Notes: a model not told the origin generated them from the letters alone. A DNA stretch of 64,000 nucleotides from Flavobacteriales bacterium (GCA_016712025.1 JADJRW010000016.1:4794-68793); one strand, 5' to 3'; positions 49,582 to 61,416 are shown, counted from the stretch's first letter. Translations and numbers: made by a program.

Positions 49582-52069
49582 CAGAAGTCGAAGCGGAATT
49601 TCAAACGTAGGGCGAAGAGCGAGATGTTCGGGTGGTCCTGGTATGTAAGTCGCCAGACACCATCGATGCGAAGTACGTTCAGGATGTTCTCGATCCCGGC
49701 GCTGGCCTCCACGAAAGGGCCGTCGTACAACCGGTACATGCCGGGCAGGAAAAGCACCTCCTCCGAGTGCTTGGGGTCCAGGTCGCCGATCACCGCCTTC
49801 GCCCCGATCACTTCGCGCAACTTCAACTTCCGCAAAAGCGGCACCCGATTGAAGAAGAGCCCATCGAAATGGTGGTCCACGCGGATACTGGCATAGCGAT
49901 CACTGATGAACTCGAAGAAGTTCATGGTGTTGAAGGCATCGTCGTAGTAATAGAAGGTCTCATTGCCCGAGTGCAGGATGAGCAATGGATAAGGCAAGGT
50001 TCCCCAGATGCGGCCGGCTTCCACGCGGTAGCGTAAATAACCGAGCGCGCCCATCTGCACGCGTTGGTCCACCCGTCCGATCAGCTTATAGTACTCGTAA
50101 TCGCTTCCCAGCAATGTTGGTATTCCCACAGCACCGTAGACCTCGAGGACCGGCTTGAACGTACCCAAATTGAATCGCCGGAATTCTCCGGAGATGTACT
50201 TCTCCCCCCAGGCAAAGCGCGTGTTCAACGACACTTCCAAGGAGGTGATGTCGGGTACTTCCACGGTCGAAAATCCATCGGCGAAGGAAGGCCGCAGGTA
50301 GACCAGATCGCCTCGTGGCTGGAGGTTGCGGCAGCGGATGGTGAGCTGGTTGTTCAGACCGGTGAAGGGTTCGAGTTCATAGAAGTACCTCACCTCATCC
50401 ACCAACGTCAGCTTGTTCGCCGGGTTCCTGCGGAAGGCGCTGGACAACACATTGTCCGATCGGAAGGCGCTCTGGCTCTGACCAAGTTGCTCGATCTCGT
50501 GCCGCACATACAGGCCCGTAAGTTGCCGCGGCTTCTTGGTAATGAAGGTCTGCCCACCGATCATTCCTTTCAGTTCGTGGTCCAGCAATCCGTAGGCGGT
50601 ATACCCTTCCAACTCAGTACGTCGGCTCCAATCGTTGCTGGTGCGCAGCCCGAAACGGAGCCTTGTGCCCTCCACCTGATTGAAACTATAGATGGTGGAG
50701 TAGGGACCATACTCCAAAGGACCTATGGGCAAGTAGCCCGTGGCCAGCATGTTCACAATGTCCACGAACGTGCGGAACCGGGGCACTTCTGCACCGAATC
50801 GATCATTTCGTAGATGTTCGCCTCCTGTTGGTTCAGGGGTTCATGCCGACCGAAGTCCCAATAATCGTCGGTAGTGCTGGCACTGTCCCGTTCGATCCGC
50901 ACCACTTCGGCACCTTCGAACATGGCACTATCGATCGGGGTATTGATATTGAACTCTTTGTAGAGTGCGGTCCGTCGGCCATAGAAACCCTGGAGTTTGC
51001 GCCGGAAGACCCCCAGGTCCACCACCAGATGGTCGCGCACCAGCATCCATACCTCGGGCTGCACGGCTTCATACTCCTGGTCAACCCAAAAGCCCTGGAC
51101 GAAGTTCAAGTTGATCGCTTCGGGGAAGCCGGCTTGGATCCGCTTCACCGCGTAGGCGGTATCCGCGATCCACATTTCGCCATCGAAGGCCAGCTCGTTC
51201 TTGCGTTTGGGATGGAATTCCAAATGGTAACACCAATTGGAGCCCACCCATGTGCTATCGGTGAGGTAGTAGTCATAGAACATGCGGCCACCATCCGCGA
51301 TGGGGCTGATGAAGTTCTTACCGAACAGCACTAAAAAGTTGTCATAGACATTCACGTTCTGGTACATGTCGCCCAGAAGTTGCGATATGCTCTGGTTCTG
51401 GATGCCGCTCTGGCGGGTGCCCCGGATCACCTCGCGCTTCGATCGGGGCTGCTGCCGGTAGTGTATCTCGCTGAGCGACTCGCTGATGAAGATGGGTAGG
51501 TAGGGTTTCACGTCCGTGCTGTCCATATTGTCGAATACGAAACGGAAAGGCTTCCAAAGCTTGTTATTGACGAACTTGCGCGAAAGGTTGTTGATGTCGA
51601 ACTCGATCTTGTTGTACGCGTCGAACGAGTAGGTGCTCAGTTTTTCGCGGTTGTTGGTGGGCTTGTTGGCCACCACCCGGTCCAGGATCTCGAACGCTGG
51701 GTTCCGGTCCTGGCGGCGAATAACGACTTCTTGGAAGGACGCCACGATCGGTTCCAGAGCGAGGTCGATGCGTTGATCGCGATCCTTACGTACCACTTTT
51801 GTAACAGCCTCGAAACCCAGCGAGGAGGCCCGGATGGAATCCGTGGCGTAATAGGTGTCCAGTGCGAACCGGCCCTCCGCATCACTCGTCGTTCCGACGC
51901 GGCTGTTCACGAAGCCGACCGTGACGAAGGGTAGTGGTTCCTTGGTGCGCGCATCGATCGTGGTGCCGGTCACCCGGGTCGTTTGGGCACTTGCGTGCCC
52001 GACCAACAGGGAACCGATCAGCACCACACACAGATGAAGGCCAGTAAGACGAATGGGGACCATGCGCAT
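49581..52069 (-). CDS. CarboxypepD_reg-like + DUF5686-like outer-membrane protein (frame-disrupted near 50775-50792)
   Basis: N-terminal ORF 50753..52069 (signal peptide; [38 protein letters not shown]). C-terminal ORF 49581..50786 (beta-barrel-like, ends RLKFRFDF). They join at ...IDSVQK / [12 protein letters not shown]. Confidence 0.7.
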
Positions 52070-52072
52070 ACC

Positions 52073-52915
52073 CTATCGGCGTGCGGCCGCAGTGATGGCT
52101 TCGGCGCGTTCTGCCCTCAACTGCTGTCTTTCGACACCGGCAGCGAGCAATATGCTGACCTCATAGAGCACCAGGAGCGGCAAGCTCACGAGGATCTGGC
52201 TGGTGACATCCGGCGGGGTGATGATCGCGGCCAGAACCAGGATCCCCACGAAAGCATGGCGCCGGTACGCGCGTAGCACCTTGGCCCCGACCAGGCCAAG
52301 GCGTGCCAGCACCAGCATCACTAGCGGGAGCTGGAACATAACCCCGGTCCACAGCGGGATGGAGGTCATCGTACTGACATAACTATCCAAGGCGATCGTA
52401 TTGCTCACGGCGGCGCTCACCCGATAGCCTCCCAAGAACTGGATGCTCATTGGCGCGATCACGAAATAGCCGAAGAGGTTCCCAAGAAGGAACAGGCCCG
52501 AAGCGAAGAACGCCGCGTACCGCGAAGTACCTCTTTCCTTGGCCGATAGGCCCGGTGCGATGAAGCGCCAGAACTGCCAGAGTACAAAGGGCGATGCTAC
52601 AACGAGCCCGGCCATGAACGACACGGTCAAGTGGGTCATGAACTGCCCGCTCATACTGATGTTCTGCAGGGTGAAACCCAGGTCGCGGATGCACAACGAA
52701 TCGCCCATCCCGAATTGGACGGAGAACCAACAAAGGGCGCGGTAGGTGATGAAGGTGGGTTGCTGTGGCGCCAATACCACCGCATCGAACACCACCTCTT
52801 TCCAATAGAACGCCGCGATCATCGCTACCAGAACGACGGCTGCGGAACGCACAAGCACCCATCGGAGCTCTTCCAAGTGCTCCATAAAGGTCATCTCCTT
52901 GCCGGGTTCCGCCAT
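52073..52915 (-). CDS. tatC: Twin-arginine translocase subunit TatC
   Basis: EMTFMEHLEELRWVLVRS N-terminus and six TM segments. The start is ambiguous (52939, 52915 or 52894). Confidence 0.88.
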   Translation of the reverse strand: MAEPGKEMTFMEHLEELRWVLVRSAAVVLVAMIAAFYWKEVVFDAVVLAPQQPTFITYRALCWFSVQFGMGDSLCIRDLGFTLQNISMSGQFMTHLTVSFMAGLVVASPFVLWQFWRFIAPGLSAKERGTSRYAAFFASGLFLLGNLFGYFVIAPMSIQFLGGYRVSAAVSNTIALDSYVSTMTSIPLWTGVMFQLPLVMLVLARLGLVGAKVLRAYRRHAFVGILVLAAIITPPDVTSQILVSLPLLVLYEVSILLAAGVERQQLRAERAEAITAAARR

Positions 52916-53148
52916 TGCTCCCTGCCTGGGCGGTTCCATCGTGGAACCAATGCCCTTCGCGCGCAGCGCCCAAAGATAGCCGTGCCCCCCGCGCAGGCAG
53001 GGGGACCGAGCAAGGGGCCAAGGGCATCAAACGATATGCGGTGCGATCTGCTGTTCTTTACGATCAACAACTTCGCGGTCCGCTCCACGAAGAACCCTTA
53101 CCTTTAAGAGCACATACGCACGTTACCCGAACCGCTCCGCCAACTTCG

Positions 53149-55329
53149 ATGATCAAAGTAGACCAATCGCCTCGTGAGGCGCTCGAACAATTCTTCGGCT
53201 TCAGCACCTTCAAAGGCAGCCAAGAGGCTGTCATTCAAAGCGTCCTTAGCGGACAGGACACATTCGTGATCATGCCCACTGGGGGTGGCAAGAGCCTCTG
53301 CTACCAGCTACCCGCATTGATGACCGCAGGCACCGCGATCGTGGTGAGTCCGTTGATCGCTTTGATGAAAAACCAGGTGGACGCCATCCGGAGCTTCAGC
53401 TCAGAGGAGGGTGTGGCGCACTTCCTGAACAGTTCCTTGACACGGAACGAAGCCATCCGGGTGAAAAAGGACATCCGCGATGGGCGTACCAAGCTCCTCT
53501 ACGTCGCGCCGGAGAGCCTCACCAAGAAAGAAAACGTGGAGTTCCTCTCGGACATCCCCATCAGCTTCTTCGCCATCGATGAGGCGCACTGCATCAGCGA
53601 GTGGGGCCACGACTTCCGGCCGGAATACCGCCGCCTGCGTACCATATTCGACGAGATCCAGCGTGTGCCCATGATCGCGCTCACCGCCACAGCGACGGAG
53701 AAGGTGCAAGAGGATATCCTGAAGAACCTGGACATCCCCAATGCGAACGTGTTCAAGGCGAGCTTCAACCGCCCTAACCTGTACTACGAGGTCCGTCCCA
53801 AACAGATGGTGGCCCGGGAGATCATCCGCTTCGTAAAGCAGTATGAAGGGAAGAGCGGCATCATCTACTGTCTTAGCCGGAAAAAGGTGGAAGAGATCGC
53901 GCAAACCCTGGTGGTGAACGGGATCAAAGCCCTACCCTACCATGCTGGCATGGACGCCGTGCAGCGCGCCGATCACCAGGACCAGTTCCTGATGGAAAAG
54001 GCCGATGTGATCGTGGCCACCATCGCCTTCGGGATGGGCATCGACAAACCCGATGTGCGCTTCGTGATCCACCACGATATCCCGAAGAGCCTGGAGAGCT
54101 ACTACCAAGAGACCGGGCGTGGTGGACGGGATGATGGCGAAGGGCGCTGCGTCGCGTTCTATAGCTACAAGGACATCGAGAAACTGGAGAAATTCCTGCA
54201 AGGAAAACCCGTCGCCGAGCAAGAGATCGGCAAACAACTGCTGCAAGACACGGTGAGCTACGCCGAGACGAGCATGTGCCGGCGCAGATTCCTGCTGTAC
54301 TATTTCGGCGAAACACTGGCGGGGGACAATTGCGGCAGTTGCGACAACTGCATGAACCCGCGCGAGAGCTTCGATGCCACCGATGATCTCGAACTGCTGC
54401 TGGAAGCCGTGGTGGAAAGCAAAGAGCGCCACCGGGCCAAGTTCATCTGCGACCTGCTCACCGGCACGGAGAGTTCCGAGATGAAAACCTACAAGGGTGG
54501 AAGTCTGGAGAGCTACGGCAAAGGGCGCGATAAGGACACGCACTTCTGGCTGGCCATCGGGCGGCAGGCGGTGGTGGGCGCTTTCCTGCACAAGGACATC
54601 GAGACCTACGGCATCCTCACTCTTACCGATCAGGCTAGGAAGTTCTTGAAGAAGCCGTGGAAGGTCGAGTTCTATAAAGAGCGCGACTTCAGCGACTTCG
54701 ACGAAGGCGATGAGCCCGGTGGAAAGAGCGGTGCTGTGGCGGACGAGAAGCTGATGAAGATGCTGAAGGACCTGCGTCAGCAAGTATCCGGCAAGCACAA
54801 GCTCCCGCCGTACGTGATCTTCCAAGACCCGAGCTTGGAGGAGATGACGATCCGGTACCCGATCACGATCGACGAACTCACCCAAGTGAGCGGCGTAGGT
54901 CCCGGAAAAGCGCAGAAATATGGCAAGCCCTTCGTGGATCTCATCTCCCGCTACGTGGAGGAGAACGACATCGAACGTGCGGAGGAAGTCGTGGTGCGCT
55001 CGGTGGTGAACAAGAGCGGCAACAAGGTCCACATCATTCAGAACATCGATAAGCGGTTGCCACTGGAAAGCATCGCGAAGTCGAAGAACCTTACGCTGAA
55101 GAGCCTGCTGGACGAGTTGGAGAGCATCGTGCAAAGCGGCACCCGTCTGGACATCAGCTACCACTTGGACGATTCGATGGACGCAGATCTCCAGGACGAG
55201 ATCATGGGCTACTTCCGCGAAGCGGAGACCGATAGCATCGAAGGCGCGCTGGAAGAATTCGGCAGCGATGTCAGCGAGGAGGACCTTCGCCTGGTGCGCC
55301 TGCGCTTCATGAGCGAGGTGGCGAACTAG
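53149..55329 (+). CDS. recQ: ATP-dependent DNA helicase RecQ
   Basis: From MIKVDQSPREALEQFFGFSTFKGSQ. MPTGGGKSLCYQLPA, DEAHCISEWGHDFRPEY, RQC zinc motif (CRRRFLLYYFGE...CGSCDNC), and a C-terminal HRDC domain. Confidence 0.95.
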   Translation: MIKVDQSPREALEQFFGFSTFKGSQEAVIQSVLSGQDTFVIMPTGGGKSLCYQLPALMTAGTAIVVSPLIALMKNQVDAIRSFSSEEGVAHFLNSSLTRNEAIRVKKDIRDGRTKLLYVAPESLTKKENVEFLSDIPISFFAIDEAHCISEWGHDFRPEYRRLRTIFDEIQRVPMIALTATATEKVQEDILKNLDIPNANVFKASFNRPNLYYEVRPKQMVAREIIRFVKQYEGKSGIIYCLSRKKVEEIAQTLVVNGIKALPYHAGMDAVQRADHQDQFLMEKADVIVATIAFGMGIDKPDVRFVIHHDIPKSLESYYQETGRGGRDDGEGRCVAFYSYKDIEKLEKFLQGKPVAEQEIGKQLLQDTVSYAETSMCRRRFLLYYFGETLAGDNCGSCDNCMNPRESFDATDDLELLLEAVVESKERHRAKFICDLLTGTESSEMKTYKGGSLESYGKGRDKDTHFWLAIGRQAVVGAFLHKDIETYGILTLTDQARKFLKKPWKVEFYKERDFSDFDEGDEPGGKSGAVADEKLMKMLKDLRQQVSGKHKLPPYVIFQDPSLEEMTIRYPITIDELTQVSGVGPGKAQKYGKPFVDLISRYVEENDIERAEEVVVRSVVNKSGNKVHIIQNIDKRLPLESIAKSKNLTLKSLLDELESIVQSGTRLDISYHLDDSMDADLQDEIMGYFREAETDSIEGALEEFGSDVSEEDLRLVRLRFMSEVAN

Positions 55330-55348
55330 CGAAGAACGAGGGAGTCCA

Positions 55349-55513
55349 ATGACCCGCTATCTGACCGGTATTGTCTTGATGGGACTCTACTTGGGATGGG
55401 TGCTTTACCGCTTGATCATCAAGAAGGACCTGTTGCAGCACAAGGAAGAATTCTACACTGCCACCTTCTTCCTTGTCATCATGGTGTGCACATACTGGTT
55501 GATCTCAAGATAA
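55349..55513 (+). CDS. Small two-TM membrane protein (54 aa; too short for the ORF track)
   Basis: MTRYLTGIVLMGLYLGWVLYRLIIKKDLLQHKEEFYTATFFLVIMVCTYWLISR. Two hydrophobic helices with a basic loop. Confidence 0.4.
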   Translation: MTRYLTGIVLMGLYLGWVLYRLIIKKDLLQHKEEFYTATFFLVIMVCTYWLISR

Positions 55514-55523
55514 CAGGTGATCA

Positions 55524-55859
55524 ATGGGCCCGAACGAGTTGAGCTTGGTCGCGAAACATGTGATGAAGCTCCTCGTGGAGCAACGATTCAATGAGTTGGA
55601 AGCCGCCACCGGGGGCAGGCGCCTTAGCGCGGATGACATGGCGGCGGCCGTCGAGGACGTGGGCAGTGCGTTGGTGATGCCGCCTGAGAACGTCTGGCGC
55701 GACCTTCGGATAGCACCTGTGCGCAACTGGCCCGGCGCCTACAACGTGAAGTTGGATCTTTGGACCGCTCGAGGGCGTACGTCGAGTAGTGTAGAGCTCA
55801 CCATACACGACAAGAACGGTCGGCCGGTGATCGAAGTGGACGACATCATCGTGGGCTAG
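55524..55859 (+). CDS. Hypothetical cytoplasmic protein (111 aa)
   Basis: G/C-ending codon bias. No signal peptide. No motif I can name with confidence. Confidence 0.5.
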   Translation: MGPNELSLVAKHVMKLLVEQRFNELEAATGGRRLSADDMAAAVEDVGSALVMPPENVWRDLRIAPVRNWPGAYNVKLDLWTARGRTSSSVELTIHDKNGRPVIEVDDIIVG

Positions 55860-55863
55860 GGCC

Positions 55864-57069
<1,206 letters not shown>

Positions 57070-57073
<4 letters not shown>

Positions 57074-57438
57074 TTGCCGAAAATGAGCTTGAGGGCGGCC
57101 ACGATCATCAATACACCGAAGACCTTGCGCACCGCATCGGCCGGTAGGGCGAGGGACATCTTACTCCCCATGTAGCCACCGAGCACAAAGGCCCCGGCGA
57201 TGATGCCCACGGCCTTCAGGTCGAGCGGATGTTCCTTGTGGTAGTTCCATGCGGCAAGGAACACGACGGGAAGCACCAATACAGCGAGGCTGGTACCCTG
57301 TGCCTGATGTTGTGAGTAGCCCAACAACCACACAAGTGCGGGCACCATGATGATGCCCCCACCCACGCCCACGAAGCCGCTCAAGATCCCAGCGGCCAAG
57401 CCGATCAGTAGGAGCAACGCGATGGTGGCGACCGGCAT
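57070..57438 (-). CDS. Half-size TauE/SafE (DUF81) family membrane protein
   Basis: 122 aa with four TM segments. GILSGFVGVGGGIIMVPAL motif. The TGA overlaps the downstream GTG start (GTGA). Confidence 0.75.
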
Positions 57439-57441
57439 GGC

Positions 57442-60400
57442 TCAGATATCCAAGCTCAGGGAAAGATGGAACACCGGCTTCAGGATAACACCATCATCCA
57501 CGCCCCAGGCCCAATCCGCGCGTACGAAGTAGCCGAGCAACCGGGCACGCGCACCGAACCCGTAGCTCCCGACGATGGGCTCGCGCTGGTTCTTGATGGT
57601 GATGAGCAAAGGGTTGTTGTCGATGACCTGTGTATTGAACGTGTTGTCTTCGGAATACGGATCCGGGCCTGTCCAAGCCGCACCGATGTCGCCGAAAGCG
57701 ACCAACTGGAAATTCTGCAGGAAGTCCGAACGGATCGGGCGATCGAGCAGATAGCGGAACAACGGCAGGCGCAGTTCCGTGTTGAACACACCGAATGACG
57801 TTCCGTTGCGCGCATTGTAGTAGAATCCACGCATCGGCGTGGCGTTGGTCTGGTACACGTAGTTCTGCGTGAAGTCGATGGGGATGCTCTCGTCCACCCG
57901 TGGGAAAAGCCAGTTGTCCACGCCGCCGAGAAAGAAGATCACCCGCCGACTGCCTAACGAAGTGCTGCCCGCCAAGCGGTTCACCAGGACCATATCGCGG
58001 TGGATACGCTGCGAGTGGCGCAGGTCCAGACCGAACACCTGCATGTTGCTCCGCTGCTGATCCGGTTGCATGTAGTACTCCCCGAAGACCTTCGCCTTCC
58101 AACCGGTGTAGAGGTTCAACCCGCGAGGGACCGAGCTGTCGTACACGTACTCCAGTTTGCCACCCACGAGCTGGTCGTAGGCGTTCTCGGTGCTCAGCGT
58201 GAAAAGGTCCGTGCTCTGCAACACGTAACGATCATGGCGGTACATCACCGATCCGCGCACGCTTGCCAGTTCGCTGAACGGCCAACTCAACTGATAACTG
58301 GCAAGGTGGGTCTGCACTTTCACCACGCCGAAATTCGAAAGTCCTTGCAGCGACTGACGCTGCACAATGGCCTTGCGATCCAGACGACGCTTCAGGTCGA
58401 TGTAGGTGAGCGCGTAGTCGTTGTTCTTCAGATCGAGCGCCAACCGGAAGCCTCCGATGATCTTATGATCCTCGAACAGATCGCTGATGCCCATCTGGAT
58501 CATGCCGCTGAGCCCAGGGTTCAAATTGCCCGCCCCGGTGAAGGGTTGGTAGAAGCTGCTGTTGTAGCTGTTGTCCACCTGCGTCAGCACCGCATCGGTG
58601 GCGAAGTTGACATGATAGTTGCGCTGCTCCGGGAATAGAACAGCCTGCGGGACGGGGTCGGTCCGGCTCGCCTCAGGGCGCGCGTCCGGCTCCCCGATCA
58701 CCACGGGTGCTCCCGCAGGATCACCGACGAGGGGTGGTGCCGCAGGGTCATCACTGAACCGGTAGTTCCGGATATCCACTTCATCCTCGGTCCCGGCAGC
58801 CGTTGCGCGCGGCTCCACCTTCACCACGGGGGTTTCTCCACTCGCGAAAGCGCTTCCTGCGGGTTCGGTGTGCTCGGGAGCCTCATCAATAGCAGGAGTG
58901 CCAGCGTCCCCAAGCGGGGCAATGGCGGTGGACCCCATGAGAAAACGATACCGGCCATTCTCGAAAAGAAGTTGCGCGTAGCGGCCGCGTTCGGCATGCA
59001 CATCCTGCTCGAGAATGGACCGGCGTAACCGGCTTATCCGCTCCGTGCTTGTGAAATAGCGGTAGTGTACGGTGGTGTCCACCTGGCTCACCACGCTATC
59101 GTAGCGCACGCGATACCGATCGCTGAGACCTGCGGCATCACTTAGGTAAGTGTAGGTGAGACTATCGTACGCAGCGGGGGCCGTCTCATCCAGTGCGGGT
59201 GTTCTCGTAAGGCGTTGCAGGTAGGGGGAACGCGCTGCGAGATCGAATCGGAACACGTCCTTTCGTCCGTTGATCAAAGCCACTTCCGCGTTCGCGGGTT
59301 GCATGCGCAATGTATCGTCCGTGCGGTCGCTGCAGAAGAGGATCCCAGTTCCATCGTGCGTGAACGTGGGCTCCAGATCGTCGAACTGGTCGTTGGTCAA
59401 CTGCTCCTGCCGGTTGCCGATCAAGTAGTACAAATAGAGATCGGTTCGCCCCTCCAACACGCCGCTGAAAACCATGTTCTGGCCGTCCGGGGAGTAATCC
59501 ATGGAGAGCAACTTCTCGAGCATGAAGACCGGACGCGTGGTGGTCTTCCGGTCGTCCAAGGTGTAGGTCTTCAAGTAGAGTTCACCCTTGCGTTCCACAG
59601 CGAAGCTCAACGCTTTGCTGCCGGGATGCCATGCGAGGGTGGGGAAACTCCGGTCCACGATCCGGTTCAGCTTCTTCTCGCCTTTGGCGATGCGCCATGT
59701 GCGGTTCTCGCTCAGGTCGCGCAACCACACTTTATATTGTCCAAGCTCATTGCTCACCCACGCGGCATAGCGACCGTTGGGGCTCAGCTTGAACTGCGAA
59801 TAGGTCCAACGCTTGCGGTACTTCACCTTGAGTTCCTCCAGTGCGCTCGATTCCCGAAGGTTCTCGTCCTTCTGGAACTTGTCCTTGTAGTAGGCGAGGC
59901 ATTCCCTCGAAAGGCTCTTCAGCGGAACACCGAGCACGAACAGGAAACCGCTCTCGGCGTTCCTGCTCACACGGGTCATGTAGAGGATGTTCGGTATCAC
60001 GCTCGCTCCATAGACATCCGCCACGTAGGTCCATATCGCTTGTCCCACCAATACGGCATCATCACCTTCCAACCGGTTGAAGCGGTTGAAGCGGTCACCC
60101 AGGATCCCATCGCGCAAGCGACTGGCCTGCATGGCGTCCATGGGTCCGGACACGTAGGCCACCAGCCCTTTGGTGAACCACGGCGGAAGGTTCATCAGTG
60201 TGGAGTTCTTCAGCACTTCACGCCAGTTGCCACCGTACATCATCTGGTCCAACATCACCTGTGCCACGCCCGATCGCACTTGCTGGTCGAGCTTCATGTG
60301 ATCGCCCTCGTAGTAAACGAAGACCTTGGTGCCCACGATGCGCGTTACCCCACCGATATTGTACTGCTCATCGCCGGTGATACCGATATTGCTCTGGCGG

Positions 60401-60714
60401 AAATCGGAGAGCGAGTTGTACACCACGAACTGGATGCGGTCATCGATAGCGATGTCCAGTTCCTTCTCCAGTTCCTTGAGGTGCTTATGGCCACTGAGCG
60501 CCACAAAACGGGCCAGGTCGCGGCCACCTTTGTAGAAGTAGGTCTCCAGACGATCGAACCGGTAATACTGCCAGAGGAACTCCTCGTACTGTATCCGGTT
60601 CTTGCCGAAATCCTGCTGCGCACCGTTGTAGAACTGGGCCTGCCCGACAGTGGACACCCCGAAAAGGATCATCGAGACGAATACGAGGCGGAGCAGGGCA
60701 GGGAACAATGGCAC
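57442..60714 (-). CDS. Large outer-membrane protein: N-terminal domain + TolB-like (PD40) beta-propeller repeats + Omp85/BamA-like C-terminal barrel
   Basis: 1,090 aa with a signal peptide. PD40-like repeats (SPNGRYAAWVSNELGQYKVWLRDL, SPDGQNMVFSGVLEGRTDLYLY, FTHDGTGILFCSDR). Acidic/Pro-rich linker. The C-terminus GDIGAAWTG...GFGARARLLGYFVRADWAW resembles the surface-antigen (D15) barrel end. Confidence 0.65.
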   Translation of the reverse strand: MPLFPALLRLVFVSMILFGVSTVGQAQFYNGAQQDFGKNRIQYEEFLWQYYRFDRLETYFYKGGRDLARFVALSGHKHLKELEKELDIAIDDRIQFVVYNSLSDFRQSNIGITGDEQYNIGGVTRIVGTKVFVYYEGDHMKLDQQVRSGVAQVMLDQMMYGGNWREVLKNSTLMNLPPWFTKGLVAYVSGPMDAMQASRLRDGILGDRFNRFNRLEGDDAVLVGQAIWTYVADVYGASVIPNILYMTRVSRNAESGFLFVLGVPLKSLSRECLAYYKDKFQKDENLRESSALEELKVKYRKRWTYSQFKLSPNGRYAAWVSNELGQYKVWLRDLSENRTWRIAKGEKKLNRIVDRSFPTLAWHPGSKALSFAVERKGELYLKTYTLDDRKTTTRPVFMLEKLLSMDYSPDGQNMVFSGVLEGRTDLYLYYLIGNRQEQLTNDQFDDLEPTFTHDGTGILFCSDRTDDTLRMQPANAEVALINGRKDVFRFDLAARSPYLQRLTRTPALDETAPAAYDSLTYTYLSDAAGLSDRYRVRYDSVVSQVDTTVHYRYFTSTERISRLRRSILEQDVHAERGRYAQLLFENGRYRFLMGSTAIAPLGDAGTPAIDEAPEHTEPAGSAFASGETPVVKVEPRATAAGTEDEVDIRNYRFSDDPAAPPLVGDPAGAPVVIGEPDARPEASRTDPVPQAVLFPEQRNYHVNFATDAVLTQVDNSYNSSFYQPFTGAGNLNPGLSGMIQMGISDLFEDHKIIGGFRLALDLKNNDYALTYIDLKRRLDRKAIVQRQSLQGLSNFGVVKVQTHLASYQLSWPFSELASVRGSVMYRHDRYVLQSTDLFTLSTENAYDQLVGGKLEYVYDSSVPRGLNLYTGWKAKVFGEYYMQPDQQRSNMQVFGLDLRHSQRIHRDMVLVNRLAGSTSLGSRRVIFFLGGVDNWLFPRVDESIPIDFTQNYVYQTNATPMRGFYYNARNGTSFGVFNTELRLPLFRYLLDRPIRSDFLQNFQLVAFGDIGAAWTGPDPYSEDNTFNTQVIDNNPLLITIKNQREPIVGSYGFGARARLLGYFVRADWAWGVDDGVILKPVFHLSLSLDI

Positions 60715-60783
60715 GAGATGAAGCTAACTACTTTTCGGCCGGACCTGTTCGGTCCGCCCCGCGAATTTCAAGCTTTTCCTTCC

Positions 60784-61416
60784 ATGCTGCACGTTATCGG
60801 CCTTCCGTTCAACCCGTTCCAGGAGAACACCTGGTTGTTGCACAATGGTAAAGAGGCCATCGTGATCGACCCGGGATGTTGGAACAAGGAGGAGGAACAT
60901 GGGCTCGAAGAGGAACTAACGCGCAACAACCTGCGTTTGGTGCGTTGCCTGCTCACACACGCGCATATCGACCATGTGCTCGGCCTGGCGTGGGTTCACC
61001 GTCGCTTCAACCTGGCCCCGGAACTGCACCGCGCCGACCTTCCCCTGCTCGAAGCCGCACCACGGCAGGGGCAGATGTACGGCATCCCATGCGAAGCTTC
61101 TCCACCCCCTGCGGCCTTCCTTCAGGAAGGGGACCTCATCACGTTGGGCGAGGATGAATTGAGCGTGGTGCATGTCCCAGGACATTCACCGGGCCATGTG
61201 GCCTTCGTTTGCGAGGCGCAAGCCTTTGTGGTTTCGGGCGATGTGCTGTTCAAGGGCAGCATAGGCCGCACCGATCTGCCCGGAGGTGAGCACGACCAGC
61301 TCATTAAAAGCATCCGCACCAAGTTGCTTCCGCTGCCGGATGGCGTAGTGGTGCATTGCGGGCACGGGCCGGATACCACCATCGGTGAGGAAAGAAGGAA
61401 CAATCCCTTTCTCTAA
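60784..61416 (+). CDS. MBL-fold metallo-hydrolase (glyoxalase II-like)
   Basis: From MLHVIGLPFNPFQENTWLL. THAHIDH (HxHxDH), VPGHSPGH, GRTDLPGG. The upstream part of ORF 59215..61416 is antisense to the preceding gene. Confidence 0.85.
   Translation: MLHVIGLPFNPFQENTWLLHNGKEAIVIDPGCWNKEEEHGLEEELTRNNLRLVRCLLTHAHIDHVLGLAWVHRRFNLAPELHRADLPLLEAAPRQGQMYGIPCEASPPPAAFLQEGDLITLGEDELSVVHVPGHSPGHVAFVCEAQAFVVSGDVLFKGSIGRTDLPGGEHDQLIKSIRTKLLPLPDGVVVHCGHGPDTTIGEERRNNPFL

Noticed and set aside
53932-55164. 410-aa minus-strand ORF; also 26822..27919 and 27944..28894
   Set aside because: These are antisense shadows of recQ and secA respectively. Their H/V/L/A/G-rich composition mirrors the sense codons.
59215-60783. 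Upstream ~520 codons of the 733-aa ORF 59215..61416
   Set aside because: This part is antisense to the 1,090-aa outer-membrane protein gene and has low-complexity composition. Only the last ~210 codons, from the ATG at 60784, show MBL-hydrolase motifs.
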